Source of the DNA: Gemmatimonadota bacterium
GTDB lineage: Bacteria > Gemmatimonadota > Gemmatimonadetes > Longimicrobiales > Gaopeijiaceae
Length of the DNA: 64,000 nt
Reading direction: 5' to 3'
NCBI GenBank assembly: GCA_034521595.1
Contig: JAXHMG010000003.1
Location: 1,824,001-1,888,000 of the forward strand
Below the pieces are notes generated by a model that was not told where the DNA came from, ran no database searches, and was given only the letters and a program-made list of their open reading frames with translations. Shown here in pieces: positions 18,834 through 28,762 of this stretch. Within the stretch, counting starts at the first letter, position 1. Each line of letters opens with the position of its first letter. The position numbers were made by a program, and so were the translations under genes.

Positions 18834-19549
18834 GCTCGGTCTCTTTCCCCGAAGAGTGCGGTGCCAATACGAACCATCGTGCTCCCTTCCCGGATCGCGA
18901 TCTCGAAATCGTTCGTCATGCCCATGGACAGCTCCGAGCCCACGCGGTCGGTCACCGCCCGGACGTCTTCGGACGTCTTTCTCAACGCCGCGAACGTGCC
19001 GGCCAACAAGCGCTCGTCCGTCACCAGCGGAGCCATGGTCATCAGGCCCAGAACGTGGACCCCCGGCAGCTCGGCGATTGCGTGAATCTCTTCGACCACC
19101 CCACCACCCTCCAGACCGCCCTTCGCCTCCTCACCGGAGGCATTCACCTGAACCAGCACCTCAGCGGGCTCGCCACGCTCTTCCGCCGCTCCGGAGATCT
19201 TGCGCCCGAGCTTCATCGAGCTCACGGAGTGAATCACGTCGGCGATCGCGACCGCGCGCTTCGCCTTCCGGCTCTGGATATGCCCCACGAAGTGCCACCG
19301 GACCCCGAGCTCCGAGAACGCGTTGTGCTTCTCTTCGGCTTCCTCGACCCGATTCTCGCCCAGGTCGGTGAGGCCGGATTGGAACGCGGCTTCGAGTGCC
19401 GCGAGCGGATGCCCCTTCGTGACACCCACGAGCGTGACCTCGTCGGAGGCGCGCCCGGCTCGCCCGAGCGCTCCCTCGATGCGCCCACGCACCCGGGGCA
19501 ACGTCTCGGCCAGTCGGGCCGTGTAGCTCTCAACCGTCGCGGAAGTCAT
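18830..19549 (-). CDS. yggS: YggS-family PLP homeostasis protein
   Basis: VGVTK, LGENRVEE, WHFVGHIQSRK, LSMGMTNDF..AI.EGSTMVRIGT. Confidence 0.95.
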   Translation of the reverse strand: MTSATVESYTARLAETLPRVRGRIEGALGRAGRASDEVTLVGVTKGHPLAALEAAFQSGLTDLGENRVEEAEEKHNAFSELGVRWHFVGHIQSRKAKRAVAIADVIHSVSSMKLGRKISGAAEERGEPAEVLVQVNASGEEAKGGLEGGGVVEEIHAIAELPGVHVLGLMTMAPLVTDERLLAGTFAALRKTSEDVRAVTDRVGSELSMGMTNDFEIAIREGSTMVRIGTALFGERDRA

Positions 19550-19590
19550 CCGTCAACCTTCTCCTTCGCACGTCTCCATCTCGGCCCAAC

Positions 19591-19627
19591 AAAAAGGGGA
19601 CCCCGCCGGAGCTCCGGCGGGGTCCCC
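19591..19627 (-). terminator. Rho-independent terminator after tonB
   Basis: 32-bp perfect palindrome GGGGACCCCGCCGGAG/CTCCGGCGGGGTCCCC at 19596-19627, followed by TTTTT on the minus strand. Confidence 0.85.
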
Positions 19628-19649
19628 GAGGATCCGTTCAGGCTCCGTG

Positions 19650-20330
19650 TCAGCGAACCTGGAACGTAATCGGGAACGAGACCCATACGGGAACCTGCTG
19701 ATCCCGGTTCAGCGCCGGCGAGAACTGGTAGACCTCGGCCACGTCCAACGCCGCTTGGTCGAGCGCGTCGTGACCCGAGCTCTGGTCGATTCTGAAGTCC
19801 TGGACCCGGCCGTTCTCGTCGATGAAGAAGTAGACCCTGACCGTGCCACCGATCCCGGCGTCACGGAGAAGCGAGGGATACTCCCGCTCCATGGCCCGGA
19901 CGACCTCACTCCGGTTCTGGATCTCCGGAGCGACGGTGAACGGCGTGAAGGTCGGCTCGTCGGACAAATTCCCACCTTCCTGATCGGGCGGCGGCGGCAG
20001 GTCTTCGGCCGGATTGTCCTCGAACGTGGTCGGGGCGATCGTGATGTCCTCCTCGACGTCCGCCTCGGCGATAACCGGCGTCGCGGGGCGGGAAATCGCC
20101 TCCGGCGGCGGCGGAACCTCGACCTCGGGCGGCAGCTCGATGGACTCGAGCTCCTCCGAGCTGACCGAGAAGTCCTCCGCCGTCAATTCCGGCCACAGCG
20201 CGAACGTGCCGAAGTGAATCAGCGTCGCCGCGATCATCGAGCCCCAGAACCACGATGCGAACGACCTCTTCAACCGGTCGTTGGCGGTTTCGGCGAGTAC
20301 TGGACCCGCTCCTGCTTCTTCCTCGCTCAT
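19650..20330 (-). CDS. tonB: TonB family energy transducer
   Basis: N-terminal TM with His, Pro-rich spacer, C-terminal YP...GIGGTV...IDENG.V...SSG..LD.AAL domain. Confidence 0.9.
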   Translation of the reverse strand: MSEEEAGAGPVLAETANDRLKRSFASWFWGSMIAATLIHFGTFALWPELTAEDFSVSSEELESIELPPEVEVPPPPEAISRPATPVIAEADVEEDITIAPTTFEDNPAEDLPPPPDQEGGNLSDEPTFTPFTVAPEIQNRSEVVRAMEREYPSLLRDAGIGGTVRVYFFIDENGRVQDFRIDQSSGHDALDQAALDVAEVYQFSPALNRDQQVPVWVSFPITFQVR

Positions 20331-20776
20331 CGTCTTGCCCTCTGCATGCTCTGTTCCAACTGGGAAGCGAACACCACCCGAACCACACCTGCTTCGACCA
20401 ACTCCTTCTGGACCTGGTCCATGAAGCGATACGGGACGTTGCGGTCGCCACGGATGGAGATGACGAGCCGCCGGTCGGAGTCGGCGTACAGCGGAGCCAC
20501 GACCGAGGAAACGTCGGTCATCGGCGTTTGCTGGTCGTTGATGAAGACCGAGCCGTCACGCTCCATCCAGATGTTGAGAATATTTTCCCGCTTCTCGTCG
20601 ATCTTCTCCGCCGCTTCCGCCTCCGGCCACTCGATGGGCCGCTGACGATCGTCCTGGAAGACGGTCGTGACCATGAAGAAGATGAGAAGCAGGAACGCGA
20701 TGTCCGCCAAAGAGGAAGTCGGCACTTCGGAGGACGCCTTTGACTTGCGGCTGAAGCCGCCACCCTTGATGGCCAT
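20327..20776 (-). CDS. exbD: ExbD/TolR biopolymer transport protein
   Basis: PTSSLADIAFLLLIFFMVTT TM segment with the conserved Asp. Confidence 0.9.
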   Translation of the reverse strand: MAIKGGGFSRKSKASSEVPTSSLADIAFLLLIFFMVTTVFQDDRQRPIEWPEAEAAEKIDEKRENILNIWMERDGSVFINDQQTPMTDVSSVVAPLYADSDRRLVISIRGDRNVPYRFMDQVQKELVEAGVVRVVFASQLEQSMQRARR

Positions 20777-21202
20777 CTAGTTCTCCAACACCTGGAGGGA
20801 AATTCGCTCGGCGTTCGCCGAGTGCAACGCGTCGAGGACGTCGACCATGTACTCGTACGCGGCGTCCGGGTGGGTCTTCACCGCGGCGATCAGGTTCTCG
20901 TTGGCCGCGACCTCCTGCCGCCACAGACCCTCGATCTCGTTGGGACGCATCTGCTGCACCTGCTGGCTCTCACCGCGTCGTACATCGACCACGCCGTTCG
21001 GCTGGACGATGAGGTGGAGGATGTTGCTCTGGTTGACCTGCGCCTCTTCGCCCGGCTCGGGCAGGACGATCGCCAACCCCTTGTCCTTCGGGAAAGTGGT
21101 CGTCACCAGGAAGAAAATCAGGAGCAGGAACGCGATGTCCGCCGTGGAGGACGTCGGAACCTCGTCGCTGACCTTCTGTCTCTTCTTGTTCAGAACTGAC
21201 AT
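20777..21202 (-). CDS. exbD: ExbD/TolR biopolymer transport protein (second paralog)
   Basis: PTSSTADIAFLLLIFFLVTT. Confidence 0.9.
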   Translation of the reverse strand: MSVLNKKRQKVSDEVPTSSTADIAFLLLIFFLVTTTFPKDKGLAIVLPEPGEEAQVNQSNILHLIVQPNGVVDVRRGESQQVQQMRPNEIEGLWRQEVAANENLIAAVKTHPDAAYEYMVDVLDALHSANAERISLQVLEN

Positions 21203-21258
21203 GTCGTTCGGCCTCGTGTGTGATCAGAGGTACTCATCCGGCCCGTGCGAAGTTCCTG

Positions 21259-22017
21259 CTAGGTATTGTCCGACCCCGGGGTCGCGATCCCTTCCGGCGA
21301 CGAGGGGCCCGCAGTCGGCGGCGTGCCGGAGATCTCGGCCGGCGACTCTTCCTCGTCGGTCTTAACGATGTGGATTTTCCCTTCCTTCTCGAGGTCCCAC
21401 GCGAGGTTGAGGATCCGCTGAGCGCCTCGCTCCATGTCCACGATCAAGGTGTCGATCCGGGTGACGAAGAAGTTGTACCCGATGTTGACGGGCACCGCGA
21501 TCGTCAGGCCGGCGGCGGTCGTCAGCAGCGCGACCTTAATACCGCCCGCGACCAGCGAGGGATCCACATCCCCCGCGGCTTCGATGGCGGCAAAGGCCAG
21601 GATCATCCCTGCCACGGTGCCCAGGAAGCCCATGAGCGGAGCAACGTTCGCGATGGTCGCGAGAATCACGAGCCCTCGCTCGAGAAATCCGAGCTCGATG
21701 GTTCCGGTAGTGGCCACCGCCGACTCGAGCTCGCCCTTCGCGAGCGTCTTCGTCTGGATGCGCCGCAATCCGGCAAGCAGGATGGCCGCGGCCGGTCCGG
21801 GGGTTTCCGACGCGATCTCGATCGCCCCGTCGATGTCTCCCGCCATCGTCGCCTGTTCGACCTCATCGAGAACACTCAGGGTCCCCCTGTGGGCAACCCA
21901 GAGCGTCCAGGCCTTGGCGATGATGACACCAACCGCGATCAGTGAGCAGAGAACGAGCGGATACATCATCCACCCGCCGTCGGCAAACAAGGTCAGTAGC
22001 CGATACTCAGAGGCCAC
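21259..22017 (-). CDS. exbB: MotA/TolQ/ExbB proton channel protein
   Basis: GGWMMYPL, APLMGFLGTVAGMI, GIKVALLTTAAGL. Start GTG 22017 has an AGGAG RBS; TTG 22059 is the alternative. Confidence 0.9.
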   Translation of the reverse strand: MASEYRLLTLFADGGWMMYPLVLCSLIAVGVIIAKAWTLWVAHRGTLSVLDEVEQATMAGDIDGAIEIASETPGPAAAILLAGLRRIQTKTLAKGELESAVATTGTIELGFLERGLVILATIANVAPLMGFLGTVAGMILAFAAIEAAGDVDPSLVAGGIKVALLTTAAGLTIAVPVNIGYNFFVTRIDTLIVDMERGAQRILNLAWDLEKEGKIHIVKTDEEESPAEISGTPPTAGPSSPEGIATPGSDNT

Positions 22018-22092
22018 GAATACTTCGCTCCTGATGAGGGGTTGGTCGTACCCGGACAATCCACGCCGGGCACTGGCTGTTGGAACGTCGGC

Positions 22093-22122
22093 AATCTACG
22101 GGTGCCCGCGCCGAAGTGTCAA
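22093..22122 (-). promoter_or_regulatory. Sigma-70-like promoter of exbB-exbD-exbD-tonB
   Basis: TTGACA (22122-22117), 18 nt spacer, TAGATT (22098-22093) in the intergenic gap. Confidence 0.65.
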
Positions 22123-22144
22123 CGTAGCAGGGAAAGAGCATCCT

Positions 22145-22969
22145 CTAGGGGCCGGCGGGGGCCTCCGCGGCGGAAGCGCTCGCCCCCGCCGATGTCACGT
22201 CCGCGCGCACCGTGTCCCCCGCTACGATGGACCGGAGACGCTCCGAGGTCACGCCCCGCTCGAGGCGCCCCCCGATCGCGATCGACACCTGTGCCGTCTC
22301 CTCGCTCACCACCACGACCACGGCGTCGGTTTCTTCACTCAAGCCGAGCGCCGCGCGGTGCCGCGTCCCGAGGGAGCGGTCCCGCACCGTGGTCTGGGTA
22401 AGCGGGAGGATTGCGCCCGCAGCGCGGATCTGGTTGCCGGAGATCAGTACGGCACCGTCGTGCAGTGGCGAGTACGGCGTGAAGATCGTGGCGAGCATCT
22501 CCGCGGAAACGCGGGCTTGTACCCGACTCCCGGTTTCCGCGTACTCGTCGAGCCCCACGTCGCGCTCGATCGCGATGATCGCCCCGTGCTTCGCGCGCGC
22601 CAGCCGCTCGGTCGCTTCGACGATCTCGTCGATGACCTCCGTACCCTCCATCTTCTGGAAGAACTGGATCATGCGGCTGCGCCCGAGCCGCGCCAGCGCC
22701 GCGCGCAACTCCGGCTGAAAGACGACGAGCGCGGCGATCGCGCCGTATTGGAAGATCGCCTCGAGCAATCCTCGGATGAGGATGAAATCCAGGAGCCGTG
22801 CCGCTCCGTAGGTGCCGGCCAGGAGCGCCCCACCCAGCATGATCTGCATCGCCCGAGTGCGTTGAAGGACGAGCAGAATCCGGTACAGCAGGACCGCGAC
22901 GAGGAGAATCTCGACGAGGTCCGTCCAGCCGGGCCGCAGGAGCCGTAGCTGCTCCCAGGCGCTACTCAA
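22145..22969 (-). CDS. cdaA: Diadenylate cyclase CdaA/DacA
   Basis: Three N-terminal TMs, VVFQPELR, PLHDGA and GTRHRAA catalytic motifs. Confidence 0.93.
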   Translation of the reverse strand: MSSAWEQLRLLRPGWTDLVEILLVAVLLYRILLVLQRTRAMQIMLGGALLAGTYGAARLLDFILIRGLLEAIFQYGAIAALVVFQPELRAALARLGRSRMIQFFQKMEGTEVIDEIVEATERLARAKHGAIIAIERDVGLDEYAETGSRVQARVSAEMLATIFTPYSPLHDGAVLISGNQIRAAGAILPLTQTTVRDRSLGTRHRAALGLSEETDAVVVVVSEETAQVSIAIGGRLERGVTSERLRSIVAGDTVRADVTSAGASASAAEAPAGP

Positions 22970-23005
22970 GGGTGCACGAGTTCCGGCGCGGGCCCGCGGG
23001 CCGCA

Positions 23006-25036
23006 TCAGGGCACCTCGTCCGCCTCGGGCTCGTCTCGGATGCCGGGCGCCGGACCCGGGAGCGGCCCTTCCCCTCCCGGAAGACCAAAGGGACGGGGGT
23101 TTTTGTCTTTCGCCGGCTTGGTGACCTTCGGATCCGTCGCTCCCTCCTCCATATCGGCCTCGGGCAGTGGGGGCAGGGGCTCTCCCCGAGCGAGGATCTC
23201 GATCTCCCCACGATTGAGGGTTTCCCGCTCCAGCAGCGCCTGCGCGATCGCCTCGAGGAGATCGCGGTGCTCGGCGAGAACCCGGTGCGCCTTTTCGTGC
23301 GCTTCGTCCAGAATCCTCTTGACCTCCTGATCCACGATCCGAGCGGTGTGCTCCGACACCTGACGACGCTGCGAGAGATCCTTCCCGAGGAACACCTCGT
23401 GCTCGCTCTCGTCGACCGCCACCAAACCGATCACCTCGCTCATGCCGAAGCTCGTGACCATGCGGCGAGCCATGCTCGTGGCGCGCTCGATATCGTTCCC
23501 CGCGCCGGTCGTGACGTCTTGGTCGCCGAACACGATTTCCTCCGCGACACGTCCTCCGAAGAGCATCGCGAGCTGTCCCTCCATCCACTCGCGCGTATAC
23601 GAGTGTCGATCCTCCTCGGGGAGGCTCGCGGTGATCCCGAGCGCCCGTCCTCGTGGCACGATCGTCACCTTATGAACCGGGTCGAGACCGGGAACCTTGA
23701 GCCCGAGCACCGCATGACCCGATTCGTGGTAGGCGGTCAGCGTCCGCTCGTTCTCGGTCAGCACCAGGCTCCGGCGCTCGGTGCCGAGCATGATCTTGTC
23801 CTTCGCCAGCTCGAAGTCCGTCATGGAGACCTTTTCGGCTCTACGCCGGGCCGCCAACAACGCCGCCTCGTTGCAGACGTTCGCCAGGTCCGCGCCGCTC
23901 ATGCCGGGCGTGCCCCGAGCGATGAGGGAGAGCTCCACGTCGTCGGCCAACGGAAGCTTCTTGGCGTGCACGCGCAGGATCTGCTCCCGCCCCTTCACGT
24001 CCGGAGCGTCGACCATGACCTGCCGGTCGAATCGACCGGGCCGCAGCAACGCCGGGTCGAGCACGTCCGGGCGATTGGTCGCGGCCAGCAAGATCACTCC
24101 TTCATTCGACTCGAACCCGTCCATCTCGACGAGCAACGCGTTGAGCGTCTGCTCCCGCTCGTCGTGACCGCCGCCCAGACCGGCACCACGATGGCGTCCG
24201 ACCGCGTCGATCTCGTCGACGAAGATGATGCACGGAGCGTGCGCCTTCCCCTGCTCGAAGAGGTCACGGACCCGGGACGCGCCGACGCCCACGAACATCT
24301 CGACGAAGTCCGACCCCGACATCTGGAAGAACGGTCGGCCGGCTTCACCGGCAACGGCACGCGCAAGGAGCGTCTTTCCCGTGCCCGGGGGTCCCACGAG
24401 CAGCACGCCTTTGGGCAGACGTCCCCCTAAACGGGAGAAGCGCGCCGGATCCTTCAGAAAATGGATGATCTCCTCGAGCTCTTCCTTCGCCTCATCGGCG
24501 CCCGCGACGTCGGCGAAGGTCACCTTCGGCGTGTCGGGCGAGATCATCTTGGCCTTCGACCGCCCGAACTGGAACGCTTTGTTTCCGCCCCCCTGCATGG
24601 TGCGGAAGATCCAGATCCAGAACGCGATGAAGAGGAGCCACGGGAGAGCCGTGAGCAGCAGCGTGCCCCAACCCGTGTCGGTGGGCTCCGCCTCGACGAT
24701 GACGTCCCGTTCCGCGAGCTCCGCCAACAGCCCGTCGGTGACGTCACCCGGAAGGCGGGTTTCGAAGAGGGTGTACTCCTGACCCTCCCGCATGATCGGT
24801 TGCGTGAGCTCGCCCTCCACCTGGCGGTCACGGAACAGAACCTTGTGCACGCGCCCCTCGGCGAGGTGCTCGCGGAACTCGGTATAGGTGAACTCGGCGG
24901 CGGCCTCACCCTGCCCTCGCACGATCTGGATACCCAGAAGGAGCATGAGGGCCAGCATCATCAAGAAAGCCGCGTTCTTGGACAGACGTCCGACGCGGTT
25001 CTCGGGATCGGGGCGGTTGGGTTGGTTTTCAGGCAT
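23006..25036 (-). CDS. ftsH: ATP-dependent zinc metalloprotease FtsH
   Basis: Two TMs, [37 protein letters not shown]. Confidence 0.97.
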   Translation of the reverse strand: MPENQPNRPDPENRVGRLSKNAAFLMMLALMLLLGIQIVRGQGEAAAEFTYTEFREHLAEGRVHKVLFRDRQVEGELTQPIMREGQEYTLFETRLPGDVTDGLLAELAERDVIVEAEPTDTGWGTLLLTALPWLLFIAFWIWIFRTMQGGGNKAFQFGRSKAKMISPDTPKVTFADVAGADEAKEELEEIIHFLKDPARFSRLGGRLPKGVLLVGPPGTGKTLLARAVAGEAGRPFFQMSGSDFVEMFVGVGASRVRDLFEQGKAHAPCIIFVDEIDAVGRHRGAGLGGGHDEREQTLNALLVEMDGFESNEGVILLAATNRPDVLDPALLRPGRFDRQVMVDAPDVKGREQILRVHAKKLPLADDVELSLIARGTPGMSGADLANVCNEAALLAARRRAEKVSMTDFELAKDKIMLGTERRSLVLTENERTLTAYHESGHAVLGLKVPGLDPVHKVTIVPRGRALGITASLPEEDRHSYTREWMEGQLAMLFGGRVAEEIVFGDQDVTTGAGNDIERATSMARRMVTSFGMSEVIGLVAVDESEHEVFLGKDLSQRRQVSEHTARIVDQEVKRILDEAHEKAHRVLAEHRDLLEAIAQALLERETLNRGEIEILARGEPLPPLPEADMEEGATDPKVTKPAKDKNPRPFGLPGGEGPLPGPAPGIRDEPEADEVP

Positions 25037-25257
25037 CGCACTCTACTCGATCGAGCCCGGCGGGGTGCACGGACGGGGCCCTATAGGCTCGCGATATATG
25101 GCAAATGGCGAAAGGCTTCCGCGTAATCAGACCCATACCCCGTGAGGAGCCCATTGGGTGCATGGACGCCGACGGACCGGGCATGGCCGGTCGCTCGAAC
25201 ACGGCGCGAACAGCCACGGTACCGATGCCGACGTCGTGGCCGGGAAGCCTCCGGCGC

Positions 25258-26664
25258 TCACGCGAACCCGATCGGGAGCGTCTCCCGCCCACCCGAACCC
25301 GCCGCCGGCGGCGGGGCGTCCGCCCGGGCCACGCCGGGGATCCAGAGCACGTCGCCCGCCGCGTCGGCCAGGACGGGAATCTCCGAACGCCGCGGAGCCG
25401 GAACGCGTGCCTCGCGGAAGAGGTGCTTGAGCTTGCGCGCACCCACACGCGTTCGGATACGGTCTCCGGCTTCCCACGCCCGCACGACGAGGGGGAATCG
25501 GAGCCGCGCCGACACGAAGCGCTCGACGAAGTCGGCCTGTCTTTCGGCTTCTTCGCCCCACCCGACCCAGACGCTCGCGCCGGACAGGAGGACCTCACCG
25601 CTTCCGCCCGCGGGACCGGGGATCCGGAGCGCCCGGTCCGGTGGCGGCGCCGATGCCGACCGTGCCAGCACCAGGCGATCGAGCTCCCGTCGAAGCGTGA
25701 CCGCCCCCCCCAGGTCGATGCCGTGGCCACTCGCCCCGGACGCGGCGAAATCCACGGCCAGGGCGGTCACCCGTCCGTTCGGCCGCAGACCGAGCTCGGC
25801 CGCGAGTGCCCGCAACACTCTGGCCCGAACGGCGGGATGCAGGGCCGTGAGCGCCTCTCGGTCCACGGTGACGCGCTCCCCGTCGCGTTCGGGGTGGACC
25901 GAGTCGATCAATCCGGGCACGAGGCTCTCCCATCCCTCTTCGTCGTGCGCGGCCCGTTCCGCGAATCGGACGACCGCGCGGCGGGCGCCCGGCGCGACGA
26001 GCCGTTCCACATCCGGCAGCACGTGGTGCCGGAGGGCATTCCGGGCAAAGTCGGTCTGCCCGTTGGTCGGATCCTCCCGCCATCCGAGCCCGACCGCTCG
26101 CGCGTACGCGAGCACGTCGTCACGCCAGACGTCGAGCAGGGGTCGCCAGACGCCGTCCTCGCGTTCCCGAAGCACGCCCCGGAGCCCCACCGGTCCCGTT
26201 CCTCGGAGCACGCGGAAGAGCACGGTCTCCGCCTGGTCGTCCGCATGATGCGCGGTGGCGACGAAGCGTGCGCCTCTCGCGCGTCGAACCTCGTGAAGAA
26301 AGGCGTAGCGATGGCGGCGAGCCTCCGCCTCGGAGCTCGGCGGCGCGAGGGCGGCCCCCGCGACGAGCTCGACCCCCCAGGCGGAGCACAGCCCCCGGAG
26401 CCAGAGCGCGTCGGCGTCGCTCCCGGAGCGCATTCGGTGATCGAAGTGCGCGGCGACGATAGGCGGACCCCGGACGCCGTCCGGTCCCGGCTCACCCCTC
26501 CCGGCGAACCGAAGGAGGTGTAGCAGAACCGTGGAGTCCAGCCCCCCGGAAACCCCCACCACGACGGGATCCGTGATGGGCACGCCTCCATCCGGGACCC
26601 GGAGCGCTTCGACGTATCGCTGCCGCACGCGTCGGGCAGCATCGCAACCGTGCCCACCGTTCAT
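25258..26664 (-). CDS. tilS: tRNA(Ile)-lysidine synthetase
   Basis: VGVSGGLDS, AHFDH.MR, AHHADDQAET, RPLL, TilS C-domain (GDRI..RKLK.LF). ATG 26664 overlaps the upstream stop. Confidence 0.93.
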   Translation of the reverse strand: MNGGHGCDAARRVRQRYVEALRVPDGGVPITDPVVVGVSGGLDSTVLLHLLRFAGRGEPGPDGVRGPPIVAAHFDHRMRSGSDADALWLRGLCSAWGVELVAGAALAPPSSEAEARRHRYAFLHEVRRARGARFVATAHHADDQAETVLFRVLRGTGPVGLRGVLREREDGVWRPLLDVWRDDVLAYARAVGLGWREDPTNGQTDFARNALRHHVLPDVERLVAPGARRAVVRFAERAAHDEEGWESLVPGLIDSVHPERDGERVTVDREALTALHPAVRARVLRALAAELGLRPNGRVTALAVDFAASGASGHGIDLGGAVTLRRELDRLVLARSASAPPPDRALRIPGPAGGSGEVLLSGASVWVGWGEEAERQADFVERFVSARLRFPLVVRAWEAGDRIRTRVGARKLKHLFREARVPAPRRSEIPVLADAAGDVLWIPGVARADAPPPAAGSGGRETLPIGFA

Positions 26665-27506
26665 TGGCCCTCCCCTTCGAGTCCCGGGGCGACAGGACGC
26701 CCATACCGCTCGTGGAGCACCCGCGCGAGAACATCCGGCCGATCGGTTTGAATCCCGTCCACACCCCAGTCGAGGAGCCGCACCATCGCCGCGGGATCGT
26801 CGACCGTCCACACCTGCACCGGAATGTTCTTGCGATGGGCCTGCGCTATGAGCCGCCGCGTCACGATCCGCCACCCTTTCCATGTCTCGGGAATTTGCAA
26901 CACGTCCACCCGGGGCGTGTAACCGGCCGCCCACGGGAGGCCGCTCAATACCCGGAAGAGGATCACATGGTGCCGGCTCGCACCCCAAGGCCCGCAATAT
27001 CCGCGGGCCTTCCGCCGCCAACGCTCGTATTCCGCGGCCACGAGAACGCGCGCTTCCGCCTCGTGGCGTCGGACCGCTTCCACGAGCGGCCCGGCCGCGG
27101 CGGCTTCCTTTGATTCGAGGTTGATCCATACCCCCGGGAAGGCGGCAAGCACGTCATCCAACGTCGGGATGCGCACCCCCCGTTCCCGGTAGGGAGCCCT
27201 TCCTTCGGGATCCCGGAACCGGTATCCCGCGTCGAGCGTCCGAATCTCCGCCAGCGTGAGGTCGGCCACGCGGCCGCTGCCGTCCGTCGTGCGGTCCACC
27301 GTCTCGTCGTGGATCACAACAGGGACTCCGTCCCGGGTCACGCGCACGTCCATCTCGAGCATGTCCGCGCGCCACACGTCGACCGCCTGCCGAAACGCCT
27401 CCATCGTGTTCTCGGGCACGATCCCCGAGCCACCCCGGTGCGCCACGAGCATCGGGGCCCCGGCCAGATACGGTTTCCCCGGCCGTGGGCCGGATCCGAT
27501 TCCCAC
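26661..27506 (-). CDS. Glycerophosphodiester phosphodiesterase
   Basis: AHRGG, PENT, EMDV..TRDG..VVIHD.TVDRTT, VWTVDD, GVDGIQTD. GTG start is inferred. Confidence 0.9.
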   Translation of the reverse strand: MGIGSGPRPGKPYLAGAPMLVAHRGGSGIVPENTMEAFRQAVDVWRADMLEMDVRVTRDGVPVVIHDETVDRTTDGSGRVADLTLAEIRTLDAGYRFRDPEGRAPYRERGVRIPTLDDVLAAFPGVWINLESKEAAAAGPLVEAVRRHEAEARVLVAAEYERWRRKARGYCGPWGASRHHVILFRVLSGLPWAAGYTPRVDVLQIPETWKGWRIVTRRLIAQAHRKNIPVQVWTVDDPAAMVRLLDWGVDGIQTDRPDVLARVLHERYGRPVAPGLEGEGQ

Positions 27507-27525
27507 AGTCGTGCGGCTCCGTCGT

Positions 27526-28044
27526 CTACGGGGACGGCTGTCGGTCCGCCTCCACGCGCTCGATCTCCTCGGGAGTGAGCTCGTGAAAGACATAGAGGGT
27601 GAGGTCCAGGAGGTGAGCGGTCGCATCGCGCTCGAAGGTCAGGCGAGCCTGAGACTCCTCGTCCGGCCCGGCCATCCGCTCCTCCAATGCCACCACGCGC
27701 CCGGCCAGGAACACGAGGATGTCCTCGACGACCTGGGGTCTGGGATTGGCGGGCGCCTTCGCGTCGGGCATGACCTCACGCAGCATCAAGCCGCGGACGT
27801 AGGTGAGAAATCCCGGGAAGATCAGCTCCGTGAGCGGCCCTTCGTCGACCGCCTCCTCGTCCATGAGGTTCTCCCACTCCAGCTCGTTCCAGTAGAGGTC
27901 CTTGGCCTCGTCGAGCAGGTAGATCCGGTTCGTCCGCGGCAGGGGCTCGCTCGAAGCGGCGCTCGGTTGCCCGAGCTCACGCCCGAGCACTCGTTCGATC
28001 CGCTCTCGGCGGCCGCCGAGTAGCGTGCTGGCACGATCGTTCAT
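27526..28044 (-). CDS. Hypothetical acidic helical protein
   Basis: 172-aa ORF from ATG 28044 with protein-like composition (DLYWNELEWEN). No family recognised. Confidence 0.7.
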   Translation of the reverse strand: MNDRASTLLGGRRERIERVLGRELGQPSAASSEPLPRTNRIYLLDEAKDLYWNELEWENLMDEEAVDEGPLTELIFPGFLTYVRGLMLREVMPDAKAPANPRPQVVEDILVFLAGRVVALEERMAGPDEESQARLTFERDATAHLLDLTLYVFHELTPEEIERVEADRQPSP

Positions 28045-28113
28045 CTTTTCTATTGTCTCATCTTCGTTGAATGTCGGTCGGGGAGACGGGAGTATACGTC
28101 CGTACCGCGTCCC

Positions 28114-28755
28114 ATGAAACGTGGCGAAAAGGAGCGAGCCGTGCAGCCGAACTGGATCCGTGTACCGATTCTGCTCGCGCTCGCCTGGATCCTCTACGGC
28201 TACGTGAACGACCCGACCCACGCGTCGATCTTCGCCGGTGTGAACCTGGTGTTCCACGAGATGGGGCACGCGGCCTTCATGTGGTTCGGGAATCGCATGC
28301 TCACGACGGCGGGAGGCACGATCTTCGAGGTCGGGATCCCCGTGTCGGCCGGGGCCTACCTTCTGGTCAAGCAACGGGACTCGTTCGGCGCGGCGGTATG
28401 CCTTTTCTGGATGGGCACGGCGCTCTTCAGCGCCGGCGTGTACGCCGCCGACGCCCGGGCTCAGGCGCTACCGCTCGTCTCCCCCTTCGGACCCGTGGAC
28501 GTGGACGGCCACGACTGGACCGTCATGCTCCTCAGGCTTGGACGCCTGTCGCAGGATCAGCAGTTCGGCTCCGCGCTGCGCAGCATGGGTGTCCTGGCCA
28601 TGGCCGGGGGTGTGGGCATCGGCGCGCGCATCACCTGGGGCCGTGCCGGACGTCGTCGCGAAGGCGCGCCTCGCGCGGCCCTGGACAGAGAAGACCAACG
28701 GTTCGCGGACTTCCTCCAGCGCACGGACGGCGTGGAAGACCGGACGACCGAGTGA
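28114..28755 (+). CDS. Membrane protein with HExxH motif (M50-like peptidase)
   Basis: Several TM segments, LVFHEMGH and a downstream HDW motif. Confidence 0.65.
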   Translation: MKRGEKERAVQPNWIRVPILLALAWILYGYVNDPTHASIFAGVNLVFHEMGHAAFMWFGNRMLTTAGGTIFEVGIPVSAGAYLLVKQRDSFGAAVCLFWMGTALFSAGVYAADARAQALPLVSPFGPVDVDGHDWTVMLLRLGRLSQDQQFGSALRSMGVLAMAGGVGIGARITWGRAGRRREGAPRAALDREDQRFADFLQRTDGVEDRTTE

Positions 28756-28762
28756 CGGCGCG

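Noticed and set aside
25035-25061. CIRCE-like element over the ftsH start (GCACTC-N9-GAG)
   Set aside because: One arm matches 7/9 but the other only 4/9; too degenerate to call despite hrcA being present.
28029-28044. Possible sigma-54 promoter TGGCACGATCGTTCA
   Set aside because: It lacks the essential -12 GC and lies inside a coding region.
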